Origin: a virus
Lineage: Duplodnaviria > Caudoviricetes
Reading direction: 5' to 3' (one strand)
Length of the DNA: 63,058 nucleotides
IMG/VR virus record: IMGVR_UViG_3300048998_000312
Location: 1 to 63,058 of that record
In this document: piece after piece, positions 27,038 to 37,225 of the stretch
Layout of the letters: each line of letters begins with the position of its first letter
How positions within the stretch are numbered: position 1 is the first letter of the stretch
Notes under the pieces: model-generated
Databases searched by the model: none
The model's input: the letters and a program-made list of their open reading frames with translations, nothing else
What the model was told of the DNA's origin: nothing
Translations under genes and position numbers: made by a program

Positions 27038-27113
27038 CAAGTTGTGCCATTGCGCTATCTCAGATCTTGACGGCTCGTCGGGGTGGGACCTGGCGCCGGA
27101 AGGGAGCAGGACG

Positions 27114-27713
27114 ATGAGCGATGCGATGCGGGTGCCGGCGGCGCCGGCGAGTGGCACACACCTCGTCGGCTCCCGAGTCGACCTTTACGAGGTCCTCGAG
27201 CACCTCTCGAGCGAGACGATGGTCTCCTCCGCATTCGGCGCGCAGCTCGATAAAGCGCGGGAAGGGCGAAGCGGCACCGACTACGTACGCGCTCGCGACG
27301 GCGCCGAGATGCGGATGCTCGCCAAAGCGGCCGTCATTCGCTGCGTCGACCAGCTCGGCGCATGCCCGAACCTATTTCGAATGGGCGAGGGACTCACCGC
27401 GATTCGCCGCTTTGCCGTGCACGCGAAGCTCGTCGAAGGCGCGGCCGTTGTCGGAGTGATGCGCGCCTACCAGCCGTGGGCGACGCAGCGATCGGAGTCG
27501 GGGCTCGTCGCGGTGTACCGCTATGCGGCGGCGCACGGTGGCGCGCCGGCCGTCGACAACGCGGGCGAGGATTCGATGGTGAACGCCTTCCGCACCGGCA
27601 AGGCCAAGCGCGCGCGGAACGTCGCGGCGCTGCTGCTCGCCGATGCGGAGATCGCACTCGCCGGCTGGGTGGAGAGCTGGAATCGGAAGGGGGCGCGCCG
27701 TGCTCGCGCCTGA
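27114..27713 (+). CDS. Hypothetical protein, possible late regulator
   Basis: AGGA RBS; position upstream of the packaging genes. Confidence 0.6.
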   Translation: MSDAMRVPAAPASGTHLVGSRVDLYEVLEHLSSETMVSSAFGAQLDKAREGRSGTDYVRARDGAEMRMLAKAAVIRCVDQLGACPNLFRMGEGLTAIRRFAVHAKLVEGAAVVGVMRAYQPWATQRSESGLVAVYRYAAAHGGAPAVDNAGEDSMVNAFRTGKAKRARNVAALLLADAEIALAGWVESWNRKGARRARA

Positions 27714-27915
27714 AACACTGAGCGAGCTTCTTGCGCATCGGTGGATCCTATTGACGACGTTCGCGGCGTTCGTGCCCTATTCGGAGCGCACGCTTCGGCG
27801 ATGGTGCGAGCGCGGCAAGCTGCCGGCGAGCAAGCGATTCGGCGACTTTTGGTGGATCGACATCCGCGCGTTCCGTGCGATGCGACGCGACGGAAGTGAG
27901 GATTTGCTCGCGTGA
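27700..27915 (+). CDS. Excisionase/MerR-like HTH (HTH_17-type) protein
   Basis: SERTLRRWCERGKLPASKRFG..WWI. Confidence 0.75.
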   Translation: MLAPETLSELLAHRWILLTTFAAFVPYSERTLRRWCERGKLPASKRFGDFWWIDIRAFRAMRRDGSEDLLA

Positions 27916-28187
27916 CGTCGAAGCCGCGCGTGACGGTCGAAGCGGTCGATCTCGTGTGGATCGATGTCTGCGGGGCAGCGTTGCCCGACGGCGATGGTCG
28001 AGTCTTCGACGATGGCGGACTTCTCGACGAGCTACGCGCGTGGGAGATCGCCCAGAAGATTTACGAGCTCCGGACGATCCGGGTGGGAGGCGGCCGTTAT
28101 GTCGCCGGCTATGCGCCGGACGACGCGAAGCGCGTCCTCGCCTGGCTGAAGGAGCACGGGGTGCGGAAGCGGCCGTCGAGGCGGTGA
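27912..28187 (+). CDS. Hypothetical protein
   Basis: Coupled ORF. Confidence 0.6.
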   Translation: MTSKPRVTVEAVDLVWIDVCGAALPDGDGRVFDDGGLLDELRAWEIAQKIYELRTIRVGGGRYVAGYAPDDAKRVLAWLKEHGVRKRPSRR

Positions 28188-28432
28188 TGCGCGGGCTGAC
28201 CGCGGCCCAGATTGACCTTCTCCGCGCTGGCGTTTGGCTGCACGGCATCGGGAATATCGACGCGAGCCACCCGCTTACGGCGCGCGAGCGCGTGATCGCA
28301 GAAACGCTCTACGTGCGTGGGCTCGCGTGCAAAGAGGTTTTCGTGGATAGCCGAGGCAAGCGCTTCAAAGTGTTCACCGCGACCCCAATGGGCCGGCTGA
28401 TCCTCGGCGCGCTGACGACGCCGGGGGAATAG
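28187..28432 (+). CDS. Hypothetical protein (winged-helix-like)
   Basis: LTAAQ..L..RGL..TPMGR pattern. Confidence 0.55.
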   Translation: MRGLTAAQIDLLRAGVWLHGIGNIDASHPLTARERVIAETLYVRGLACKEVFVDSRGKRFKVFTATPMGRLILGALTTPGE

Positions 28433-28665
28433 TGGGAATCGCCTACGGCCCTTGCATCCCGCCGAAACCGTGCCCGCGCTGCGGCACGCCGATGCACTGC
28501 GAATGCATCCCGACCGGCGCCGAAGATCCGATGTGCATCACCTGCGCGGATCGGTTCAAGCGCGCGAGGGATGCCGCGAAGGCCCGCGAGCTGGCCGAGT
28601 CCAAACGGCGAAAACCGAATATCTGCCCAAAGTGCGGACACCGCGGCCACCCCCGGCGTGCGTAA
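28432..28665 (+). CDS. Hypothetical Zn-finger protein
   Basis: CPRCG, CITC, CPKCG. Confidence 0.55.
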   Translation: MGIAYGPCIPPKPCPRCGTPMHCECIPTGAEDPMCITCADRFKRARDAAKARELAESKRRKPNICPKCGHRGHPRRA

Positions 28666-28823
28666 AGGCGCAGGAGCACGCGGCGGACGACGGGGCGAAG
28701 GCTCCTCCCGACGGCCCGCGCGCCGCCGCGGGCTCCCCTCCCTGCCTCGTCCCCCTCCGTCGGCCCCGCATCCCACCCCGCGGGCTTGATCGGGCGAGGG
28801 GCGCGGCGGGAGCGCGTGCCACC

Positions 28824-29024
28824 GTGCCCGGATTTCTCGCCGCCCTCTGCCGCGTCACGTGCGGGCTATGTCTTCGGCCGCGCGAGATGCGCGACGTCGG
28901 CGAGCTTGTCCGCGTGCTGAAGGTCGCCGGTTCGCGGCAGGCCTACGCGAACGTCACCCGGGGCTGCCCGCAGTGCGGCGAGCGCCTCGTGCGGATTCGG
29001 TGGGCGATCGCTGACCCGCCGTGA
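28824..29024 (+). CDS. Hypothetical Zn-ribbon protein
   Basis: CGLC..CPQCG, GGGAG RBS. Confidence 0.45.
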   Translation: MPGFLAALCRVTCGLCLRPREMRDVGELVRVLKVAGSRQAYANVTRGCPQCGERLVRIRWAIADPP

Positions 29025-29033
29025 AAGGCTCGC

Positions 29034-29216
29034 ATGACCATCGTCGGCCTCCTCCTCCTGCTCATCGTCGCCGGCGTCGCGCTCGCGTTTATCCCAATGG
29101 AGCCGCGCGTCAAGACCATCGCGATCGCCGTCATCGCCGTCCTTGCGCTCGGCTGGGTCGTGTACGCGGTCTTCGGCGTCACGGGGCTCGCCGCGCCGGT
29201 CGGGCGGGCGCGCTAG
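29034..29216 (+). CDS. Small two-TM membrane protein
   Basis: Two hydrophobic helices separated by PMEPRVK. Confidence 0.7.
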   Translation: MTIVGLLLLLIVAGVALAFIPMEPRVKTIAIAVIAVLALGWVVYAVFGVTGLAAPVGRAR

Positions 29217-29220
29217 GGCC

Positions 29221-29685
29221 ATGGCGGCCGGAGGCTACGATCCTGACCGCGCCGCCCGGATCCTTGTGGACGCCGCGCAGTTCGGCGATCGGAAAACAGC
29301 GGAATCGTGGGGTATCACCGAAAAGACCATCGGGAATTACCGGCGCCGAATGTCGACCGACGCTTCCCTTTCTGATCTTTTCCTCGAAAAGAAGCGTGCC
29401 GCCGACGCGAGCTGGCAACAGACGCGCATTCGCTGCATCCGGAAGGGCATCGACCGGCTCGAGGTGCTGTTCGGGAAAGCGGACCAGGTGGAGCACATCG
29501 AGGTCGTCTCCCGGGCGATCGAACGGCTCGGGAACCTCGACGTAGCCAGCAAGGTCCTCGATGTCGGCGATTACGCTTATCAACCGCGTCCGGTCGCTTC
29601 AGAAGACGCAAATGGCGCTTCGGAAGGCGAGGATGCCGCCGGCGAAGAAGGCCGCCCAGGTAACGCTCAAGCGTCCGGGCATTGA
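29221..29685 (+). CDS. terS: Terminase small subunit (putative)
   Basis: N-terminal HTH (KTAESWGITEKTIGNYR), helical body, precedes terL. Confidence 0.7.
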   Translation: MAAGGYDPDRAARILVDAAQFGDRKTAESWGITEKTIGNYRRRMSTDASLSDLFLEKKRAADASWQQTRIRCIRKGIDRLEVLFGKADQVEHIEVVSRAIERLGNLDVASKVLDVGDYAYQPRPVASEDANGASEGEDAAGEEGRPGNAQASGH

Positions 29686-31258
29686 CCTCATCGCGCGCTA
29701 CGCCGACGACTTCCTAGGCTTCTGCGCGCTTCTCGACATCATCGACGACGGCGGCGCGCGGGTGAAACTGCAACCGAACCGCATCCAGCGGGAGTACGAC
29801 GCCGCCCGCACGCCGCGGGACGTCGTTCTGAAGCCGCGGCAAATCGGCTTTACGACCTTCGAGCTCGCCCGCGACGTCTGGTTCTTCCTGGTCCGCGAAG
29901 GCGCGAAAGTCGTCATCGTCTGCCAGACCACCGAGAAGCAGATCGCGCTGAAGAACATCGCCGGCAAGCTCCGGCTGATGTTCGACGCGCTTGCCGCGGA
30001 AGGCGTCGACCTGGCGTTCTCGACCGATTCGACCTCGGAATGGATCATCGGCGACCGCTCGCTTCGAATCATCGAAGCCGGCGAATCGCAGTCCTCCGCC
30101 GAAAAGAAGGGCCGCTCGGGCACCATCCACCGGCTGCACTTCACCGAGACCGCCTTCTACGGCTTCGCGGAAGCGACGCTGAACGCGCTTATCGCGTGCG
30201 TTCCGGCACCGCGCTTCGGAACGGAGATCGTCTCGGAATGCACCCCGAACGGCGCGGCGGGCGTCTTCTACGAGCAGTACCAGACGGCGGCGGCGGGCAA
30301 GAGCGGCTGGCGCGCCCACTTCTACCCGTGGTTCATGAAAGAGGACTACGCGACGGCGCTGAATCCGGGCGAGCGCGTCGTTCCCGAGTCCAAGCAGGAG
30401 CACACGCTCTGCGAACGCTTTCCGAGCGAGATCACCCCGGAAAAGCTGAAGTGGTACCGCGGCAAGGTCGGGTCGTCGTTCGGCAACGCCGAGCTTGTCG
30501 ACCAGGAATATCCGACCGATCCCGAGACGGCCTTCCTCATGGTGAAGGGCCGCCGCTTCTTCGACCGTGAGCGCACGACGGCGCTCCTCGGCAAGACCCG
30601 ACCGCCGCTTGCGACGGAGATGCACGGCGCTTTCCTCGTGTGGAAGCGCGCCGAGCTTGGCGAAAGCTACGTCGTCGTCGCCGATCCGAGCGAAGGCACC
30701 GGCGGCGACCCGGGCGCAGCGGGCGTCTACCACCGCCGCACCGGCGAGCATGTCGCCGAGCTTCACGGCCAATTCCCAACGTGGAAGATGGGCGAGCTGC
30801 TGGCCGAGATTGGGCACGCGTACAACGGCGCGCTTCTCGTCGTCGAGCGGAACAATCACGGGCACGCTGTGCTGCAAGCGCTCGAATTTGGGATTCCGGA
30901 GAATGCGGAGAAGGGCATCAAAGGCACGAAGCCTTACCCGAACATCTTCATGGACGAGGACGACAAGCTCGGGTGGATGAACACCGAGACGTCGCGATCG
31001 GCGGCACTCGAAGCGCTCGAAAGCGCGCACCGCTCTGGCGAGTGGTCGACGCCCGACCGCGGGATGATCGGCGAGATGTTCACGTTCATCGTGAACGAGC
31101 GCAACGGCAAAGCCGAAGCCGGCCCCGGCGCGCACGACGACAAGATTCTTCAGGCCGCCATCGCGCACGACGTTCTTCGGCGCGCCCGGCCGACGCGCAT
31201 CCCCACGATCAAGCCGAAGTCGCAATACCGCTTCGCTGGCGCGGGGCGCGGCTACTAA
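29561..31258 (+). CDS. terL: Terminase large subunit
   Basis: LKPRQIGFTT, LHFTE, ECTPNG, ADPSEGTGGD, VERNNHG, HDD; exact start uncertain. Confidence 0.93.
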   Translation: MSAITLINRVRSLQKTQMALRKARMPPAKKAAQVTLKRPGIDLIARYADDFLGFCALLDIIDDGGARVKLQPNRIQREYDAARTPRDVVLKPRQIGFTTFELARDVWFFLVREGAKVVIVCQTTEKQIALKNIAGKLRLMFDALAAEGVDLAFSTDSTSEWIIGDRSLRIIEAGESQSSAEKKGRSGTIHRLHFTETAFYGFAEATLNALIACVPAPRFGTEIVSECTPNGAAGVFYEQYQTAAAGKSGWRAHFYPWFMKEDYATALNPGERVVPESKQEHTLCERFPSEITPEKLKWYRGKVGSSFGNAELVDQEYPTDPETAFLMVKGRRFFDRERTTALLGKTRPPLATEMHGAFLVWKRAELGESYVVVADPSEGTGGDPGAAGVYHRRTGEHVAELHGQFPTWKMGELLAEIGHAYNGALLVVERNNHGHAVLQALEFGIPENAEKGIKGTKPYPNIFMDEDDKLGWMNTETSRSAALEALESAHRSGEWSTPDRGMIGEMFTFIVNERNGKAEAGPGAHDDKILQAAIAHDVLRRARPTRIPTIKPKSQYRFAGAGRGY

Positions 31259-31278
31259 CTCGAAAAGGAACTACGACC

Positions 31279-31899
31279 ATGGGATACGGCGAAACACTCG
31301 CGCGGCAAATCGGCTCGCGGATCGCGGCCCCGTTCACCGCGGCGGCCGATCTCGCGGCCTTCGCGCAGCCGGTCGACGGCATGACGGCCTTCGTGAAGGC
31401 GGACCGCTCGCAGTGGATCTTCGACGCGGCCAACACGACGACGGACGCAAGCGGCCAGCTCTTCGTCACGCCGCCGAGCGGCTCCGGCCGTTGGGTCCGC
31501 TCCTCGCGAACGCCCGTCCTCAAGTTTGCGGTCACCTTCGCGACCGCCGACGCCGCGGTGCTCTTCACCGTACCGACCGGCATGAGCCTTCGCTTGACGC
31601 GCGTGCTCTGGGAGGTGACGACGTCCTTCTCGGGCGGCGCGTCCTCCGCGATTGGCGCATCGTCCTCGAACGCCGCATACAACACCAAGGGCGACCTTCT
31701 CGGCGGCGCCTCGGGCGATCTCGCGGCCACGCTGGTCGGCGCAACTCCGGCCGCGGTGCGCGGCACCCTCGGGACGAAGTTCGCAAACTCCGGCATCGTG
31801 CAGCTCGTCGGCGGCGACACCCTCCGCTTTGACCGCATCGCGAGCGCGTTCACGGCCGGCGCGGGCACGATCGATCTCTCCGTCGACGTCCTGAGCTGA
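31279..31899 (+). CDS. Putative virion structural protein
   Basis: AAAGGA RBS; beta-rich, TPPSGSGRWVR motif; lies between terL and portal. Confidence 0.65.
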   Translation: MGYGETLARQIGSRIAAPFTAAADLAAFAQPVDGMTAFVKADRSQWIFDAANTTTDASGQLFVTPPSGSGRWVRSSRTPVLKFAVTFATADAAVLFTVPTGMSLRLTRVLWEVTTSFSGGASSAIGASSSNAAYNTKGDLLGGASGDLAATLVGATPAAVRGTLGTKFANSGIVQLVGGDTLRFDRIASAFTAGAGTIDLSVDVLS

Positions 31900-31903
31900 T
31901 TCG

Positions 31904-33349
31904 GTGAGCAAACCCCGCACGCCGTCGTCCCGCGCGGCGGCGGCGAAGGCCGTCGTCGAACGCCGCGGTAAGCCCCGCGCCGGGACGACGGCCATGCCGG
32001 AGCTTCCGGTCTGGCAGCAGCTCCAACGCATCGGCGGCTCGCTTACCCCGCTCGAAGTCTCCGCGATCATTCGCATGGCCGACACCGGGCGAATGGCCGG
32101 CCTGATGGACCTCGCGAACGAGGCGCGGCAGAAGGACTGCCATCTCCTTTCGGTCCTCGCGACCGCCGAGGAGTCCATCGCCGGCCTCGACTGGGAGATC
32201 CTCCCGCCCGAGGACGCGAGCTTCAAAGAGAAGAAGGCCGCGCGCTTCGTCGAAGCCTGGTTCAAGGGCTACCGCGACTTGCGACGGACGCTCGCGCACC
32301 ATGCGGGCGCCGTCTTCTACAGCTTTTCCGTGTCCGAGATGACGTGGATGCGCGACGGCGCGTCGCTCGTGCCGGAGGCGATTCTTCCGCGCGCGCACCG
32401 CCGGTTCATCTACGGCGACTTCGACGGCCGCCTTCGTTGGTACGACGAGAACGGCGGGATGGCCTACCCGGGCATCGACATCGCCGAGGCTTACCCCGAT
32501 CGCTTCATCGTCTCCCAGCCGCGCGTGAACGGCGACGTGCCGTGCCGGGAAGGCCTCGTGCGCCCGCTCATGTGGGCCGCGCTCTTCCGCAATTGGGCGA
32601 TGAGCGATTGGCTGAAGCTCGGCGAGATCGCCTGGAAGCCGTGGCGCCGCGCGAAGTACCCGCGCAATGCGGACGACAACACCATCGACGAGCTCGTCGC
32701 CATGCTCGAAGGCATGTCCTCGAGCGGCGTCGGCGCGTACCCCGACGACGTGCAAGTCGACATCGACTGGCCAAAGAACGCCGCGTCGTCCGGGCAATCG
32801 ATGCACCGCGAGCTGTTTGACGTGGTCGCGAGCGAGATCAGCAAAGCCGTGCTCGGCCAAACGCTCACGACTGAGCAAGGCCGCGTCGGCGCGCTCGCCC
32901 TTGGGCAAGTGCACAACGAGGTTCGCAAAGACCTGCGCGCGAGCCGCGCCAAGGCGGTCGCCAACGACTTTGGCCGCGACGTCGTCGAGCCGATGACGCG
33001 TATGAACTTCGGCGGCGACGTGCGGCCGCCCATCTTTCGCCTCGTCACCGAGGACGCGGCCGACCTCACGACGTTCTCGGCGGGAATCAAGAACCTCACC
33101 GATTCCGGCGTGCGCGTGCCGGTGCGCTGGATCTGGGAGCAGTGCGGCATTCCCGAGCCCGAGGAGGGCGAGGAGTGCGTCGGCGGCGCGCCGGAGGAAG
33201 ACTCGGCCGACGCCGATCCGAACGCCGCCAATCCAGATGCAACCGACCCCGCGGCCGAAGGCGATGCGCCGCCGGCGAAGCCGAAACCGAAGAAAGGCAG
33301 AGGCCATGGCCGCGAAGAAGACCGCGAAGAAAGCGCCCGCGACGCGTGA
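31904..33349 (+). CDS. Portal protein (Mu gp29/DUF935 family)
   Basis: GLVRPLMW, ISKAVLGQTLTTE..ALGQVHNEVRKD. Confidence 0.93.
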   Translation: MSKPRTPSSRAAAAKAVVERRGKPRAGTTAMPELPVWQQLQRIGGSLTPLEVSAIIRMADTGRMAGLMDLANEARQKDCHLLSVLATAEESIAGLDWEILPPEDASFKEKKAARFVEAWFKGYRDLRRTLAHHAGAVFYSFSVSEMTWMRDGASLVPEAILPRAHRRFIYGDFDGRLRWYDENGGMAYPGIDIAEAYPDRFIVSQPRVNGDVPCREGLVRPLMWAALFRNWAMSDWLKLGEIAWKPWRRAKYPRNADDNTIDELVAMLEGMSSSGVGAYPDDVQVDIDWPKNAASSGQSMHRELFDVVASEISKAVLGQTLTTEQGRVGALALGQVHNEVRKDLRASRAKAVANDFGRDVVEPMTRMNFGGDVRPPIFRLVTEDAADLTTFSAGIKNLTDSGVRVPVRWIWEQCGIPEPEEGEECVGGAPEEDSADADPNAANPDATDPAAEGDAPPAKPKPKKGRGHGREEDREESARDA

Positions 33350-33467
33350 CGAAGAGCCGTCGCACGAGCGCACGCCGCAGACCGTGGAGGGTACGACGCG
33401 CGAGCACCGCGCGGTCGACGCCACGAAGCTTCGCGATGCCGTGAAGGCGAAGGGAAAGCGCCGATGA
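33306..33467 (+). CDS. Small basic protein
   Basis: MAAKKTAKK; GAGG RBS; ATGA overlap with protease. Confidence 0.5.
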   Translation: MAAKKTAKKAPATRDEEPSHERTPQTVEGTTREHRAVDATKLRDAVKAKGKRR

Positions 33468-34513
33468 CCGACTACCGCACGAAGGGCGCAGCCGACGCCG
33501 ACCTCGTCACGCGCGCGGCCGCCATCGGCCTCCGCACCCTCGATGAGAAGACGCGCACGGTGACGTTCATCGCGAGCACCGACGCCGTCGATTCGTACGA
33601 CGAGATCGTCGAGCAGTCGTGGCGACTCGATCGCTTCAAGTCGAACCCCGTCATTCTCTTTGGCCACAATTCCCGCGAGCTTCCGATCGGCTCGGCCACG
33701 CGCTGCGAGGTCGTCAAAGGCGCTCTCGAAGTCGACGTGCGCTTTCTCGGCGCGGAGGCCAATCCGAAGGCCGAGCAGGTCTGGCAGTGCGTGAAGGAAG
33801 GCGCACTCCGCGCCGTCTCCGTCGGCTTCCGCCCGAACGAAGTGCGCATGGAGAAGCGCGACGGCAAAGAGATCTACGTCCTTGCCGACAACGAGCTTCA
33901 CGAAATCAGCGTCGTGCCCATTCCGGCCAATCCGGAAGCGCTCGCGAAGATGAAGAGCAAGGCCCACGCACGCGCGGGCGAAACCCCCACCGATACGCGC
34001 GGCGCGTCCGCAAACGGAGACCATCTCATGCCGAATCTCGCGCTTTTTGCCTCAATGCTCGCCCTCGCCGCACCGGCATCCGCCACCGAGAACGACATCG
34101 CTGGCGCGATCAAGGCGACGAAAGACAAGGCCGACAAGGCCGACGTGCTCGCCGCCGACATTGTCATGCTGCGCGAGAAGCTCGCGGCCGCCGAAAAGAC
34201 GGGCGCAAAGCTCACGGAAGAGCGTGACGCTGCGCTGAAAGCCGCGAAAGACGCTGACCTGCGCCTCGCCGGCGCCGAGCTCGACGCGCTGATTGGCGTG
34301 AAGATCGTGCCCGCCGAGAAGGAAGCCCTCCTCGAGCTCGCGGCCGAGAACCCGAAGATCTACGCGAAGCAAATCGCGGCGATCAAGGGCCGCTCCGACA
34401 TGGCGATGGGCGCGACGATCATCGCGCAGCGCTCGGCCGACGGTGGTGCTCCGCCAACGACCGGCGGCGGCACGGGCGCGAGCGACGAGCTTGCCTCGCT
34501 CGCCCTCTCGTAA
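33464..34513 (+). CDS. HK97-type prohead protease with scaffold extension
   Basis: NPVILFGHN, VSVGF, ELHEISVVPIPANPEA, coiled-coil C-terminus. Confidence 0.93.
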   Translation: MTDYRTKGAADADLVTRAAAIGLRTLDEKTRTVTFIASTDAVDSYDEIVEQSWRLDRFKSNPVILFGHNSRELPIGSATRCEVVKGALEVDVRFLGAEANPKAEQVWQCVKEGALRAVSVGFRPNEVRMEKRDGKEIYVLADNELHEISVVPIPANPEALAKMKSKAHARAGETPTDTRGASANGDHLMPNLALFASMLALAAPASATENDIAGAIKATKDKADKADVLAADIVMLREKLAAAEKTGAKLTEERDAALKAAKDADLRLAGAELDALIGVKIVPAEKEALLELAAENPKIYAKQIAAIKGRSDMAMGATIIAQRSADGGAPPTTGGGTGASDELASLALS

Positions 34514-34646
34514 TCCGGCGCTCGATTCCGAACGAGCGCGCCCATCGCGCGCCAATTCCAAGTTCCTTTCGCACGGGTAGGAGCGAGCGCAACGACGCGC
34601 ATCGCAACGGCCTCGTGTGCCCCGCACGAAGATAGGAGTCACGACC

Positions 34647-35045
34647 ATGGCCGTTCGCGCCACCCAGGATCTCAAGAACGCAATCATCAAGAGCAAGCTC
34701 TCCGCCACGTCCACGGACATGACGGCGGGCCGATTCGTGAAGTTCGGAACGACCGACACCGAGGTCACGAATGCCGGCGCGGGTGACGACCTCGTCGCCT
34801 ACGGCGTTGCGATGGAGACCGTCCTCGGTGGCGCGGCGCGCGTCCAGATCTGCACGATGGGCCCCGGCCCAATCATTCCGTGCATCGTCGGCACTGGCGG
34901 CGTCACGCGCGGCGTTCGCGTGAAGCTCGTCGCGGACGGCGTCGCTGCCGCGGCCACGAGCGAGAACGCGGTTGGCTGGGCCGAACAAACCGGCGTCGTC
35001 GGCGACCTCGTCGGCATTCGCCTCGGCCAGACGTCGATCTCCTGA
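34647..35045 (+). CDS. Capsid cement/decoration protein (DUF2190-like)
   Basis: GRFVKF..GVA..VTRG..DG.A..VGWA..GDLV; precedes capsid gene. Confidence 0.75.
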   Translation: MAVRATQDLKNAIIKSKLSATSTDMTAGRFVKFGTTDTEVTNAGAGDDLVAYGVAMETVLGGAARVQICTMGPGPIIPCIVGTGGVTRGVRVKLVADGVAAAATSENAVGWAEQTGVVGDLVGIRLGQTSIS

Positions 35046-35108
35046 TTTCCGCGGGGCACGGCCCCTCCCACCGCCCGTCCCCTCGCCCCGAGGAAAGGAC
35101 TTCCCACG

Positions 35109-36173
35109 ATGTCACTCTCGCCCAATGCGACCGTCGAAACGCCGTACATCCAAAGACTAAAGGCCCTCATTCGGTCGCGTGACCCGAAGCACGTCGCGCT
35201 CGTGAAGGCGGTGAACGCCGAGCTTTGCCGCCACAAGACGCTTTCGGGCCAGGTGCACTTCAACACCGCGCTCACGAACGTGTCGGTGCAGTACGCGAAC
35301 GGCCTCTACATCGGCACGAAGCTGCTGCCGGTCGTCGACGTTCCCCACAAATCGAACAGCTACTTCGTCTACGACAAGCGCTCGCGCCTGGCGTACCCGG
35401 ACGACGAGCTTGGGGCACGTGGCTCACCGAACGAGCTGAACGAGAACCGGAAGACCGACACCTATTCGGCCAAAGGCTACGGCTACAAAGAATGGGTCGA
35501 CGGCGAAACGCTCGCGAACCAGGACGCGCCGCTCGACGAGATGGTCGACGCGACGGCGAACCTCGCCGAGGGCATCGCCTTCCGTGAGGAGCTTCGCATC
35601 GCGGCCGTGATGACGACGCTCGCGAACTACGGCTCGAACACGATCGCGCTGGCCGCGGGCTCGCGCTGGGATTCCTCGAGCGGCGGTGACCCGATCGGCG
35701 CGATTCAGAACGCCACGTTCAACCTGTGGACCGGCCGCGGGGCCTCGAAGGTCATCGGGTTCACGTCTCTGAACGTCATGAACGTGCTCTCGCGGCACCC
35801 GGCGATCTTGGATCTGTTCAAGTACGGCGGCACGGCCCCCGGGCTTGCCACGTCAGCGATGATCGCGAAGTTCTTCGGCCTGGACGACATCCTCGTCTCG
35901 GACGCGCGCAAGGACACCGCGAACGAGGCGCAAACCGCGAGCTACGCCCGCATCTGGCCCGACGTCTTCGGCGTCGTGCGCGTGGCAACCACGCCCAGCC
36001 TTCGGAGCGTCTCGTTCGGCTACACGTTCCGCTGGAAGGGTATCCAGACGAACGACTGGTTCGACCCGTCGCTCGGCACGATGGGCGGCTACTACCTGAA
36101 ATCGGCTGTGAACGAGGACCACAAGGTCGTCGCCGGCGATTCGGGCTTCCTCATCACAACGCCCGTCGGCTGA
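35109..36173 (+). CDS. Major capsid protein
   Basis: ALTNVSVQY..LLPVVDV, E.RIAA, W..GDPI, LSRHP, FGYTF. Confidence 0.9.
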   Translation: MSLSPNATVETPYIQRLKALIRSRDPKHVALVKAVNAELCRHKTLSGQVHFNTALTNVSVQYANGLYIGTKLLPVVDVPHKSNSYFVYDKRSRLAYPDDELGARGSPNELNENRKTDTYSAKGYGYKEWVDGETLANQDAPLDEMVDATANLAEGIAFREELRIAAVMTTLANYGSNTIALAAGSRWDSSSGGDPIGAIQNATFNLWTGRGASKVIGFTSLNVMNVLSRHPAILDLFKYGGTAPGLATSAMIAKFFGLDDILVSDARKDTANEAQTASYARIWPDVFGVVRVATTPSLRSVSFGYTFRWKGIQTNDWFDPSLGTMGGYYLKSAVNEDHKVVAGDSGFLITTPVG

Positions 36174-36241
36174 AGTTCGTAGTCGCGTAACCGCGAATTG
36201 CATAACGCGCACGCAACGCCGTGCTCGCAAGGGACACCTCC

Positions 36242-36757
36242 ATGAGCAAGAACAAGAGCCAAGCGCCGGGTGGAAGCCCCGACGATCAAGAGCCGAAGCC
36301 GCAATCGGACGAGCAAAAGGACGCGAAGGCGGGGATTGCCGGCGGCGACCGGCCGCAGACGTCGGCCGCGGGCGATCCGCAGACGGGCACCGACGTGCAG
36401 ACCGGCACGCCGAACTCGCCGAACCCGCCCGAGACGATTGGCACCGGCGCCCCTGTTGCGGCCGGCACGTCGATCGACCCGAACATCGATATCGCTCGCG
36501 AGCAGGCGCGCGACGTTCATGCGCGCAAGCAGGCCGCGGGCGAGGATGCCGGCGAAGCCCCGCCCGAGCCACAATCGCTCGCGGCGAAGGCCACGGCGGC
36601 GCCGACCGGCCCCGTCGCCAATGGCTTCCGGCGCGTGAAAGTCGTCTCGCCGATTCAGGTTGGGCACAAGATCTACGAAGCCGGCCGCATCGCCGACATC
36701 CCGATCACGGAAGCCGATTCGCTCGGCGACAACGTCGAAGCCGTCGACGCGGGCTGA
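36242..36757 (+). CDS. Low-complexity virion-associated protein
   Basis: C-terminal VVSPIQVGHKIYEAG domain after capsid gene. Confidence 0.6.
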   Translation: MSKNKSQAPGGSPDDQEPKPQSDEQKDAKAGIAGGDRPQTSAAGDPQTGTDVQTGTPNSPNPPETIGTGAPVAAGTSIDPNIDIAREQARDVHARKQAAGEDAGEAPPEPQSLAAKATAAPTGPVANGFRRVKVVSPIQVGHKIYEAGRIADIPITEADSLGDNVEAVDAG

Positions 36758-36760
36758 CCT

Positions 36761-37225
36761 GTGGCGACGACCCCTTACGCGACGCGCGCAGATCTCGAGC
36801 GCACGCTGAGCAAGAAGGTCGTCGACCAGATCTTCGACGACGACAGCTCCGGCGAAGGAGACGAGGACCCGATCGACCAGCTCATGGTCGAAGCGACAAG
36901 CCGCGTGAACATGTACCTGGCCGAGCTTTACCGGATTCCGGTAGCGGACTCGGCCGGCAACGTGCCCGACGCCGTGCGCTTCCTCACCATCGACGTCGCC
37001 GCAGCCCTCGCCGAGATGCGGCACCCCGAATACGTGCGATCGAATGGCGAGAAGCGCCTCGCGGACGCGGTCGACATCCTCGAGAAGCTTCGCGACGGGA
37101 AGATTCAGCTCGACTCCGAGCTGCTCCCGCCCGCGCACAACGCCGTCGCCTACGCGCGCTCGGGCGATGCGAACAATCCAGAGTCGAAGCCCAAGGTCTT
37201 CATCGACGGAATGGGTGATTTCTGA
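36761..37225 (+). CDS. Head-tail adaptor (Mu gp36/DUF1320-like)
   Basis: YATRADL..ATSRVNMYL..Y.IP..P..DVA..L..LRDGKI. Confidence 0.85.
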   Translation: MATTPYATRADLERTLSKKVVDQIFDDDSSGEGDEDPIDQLMVEATSRVNMYLAELYRIPVADSAGNVPDAVRFLTIDVAAALAEMRHPEYVRSNGEKRLADAVDILEKLRDGKIQLDSELLPPAHNAVAYARSGDANNPESKPKVFIDGMGDF

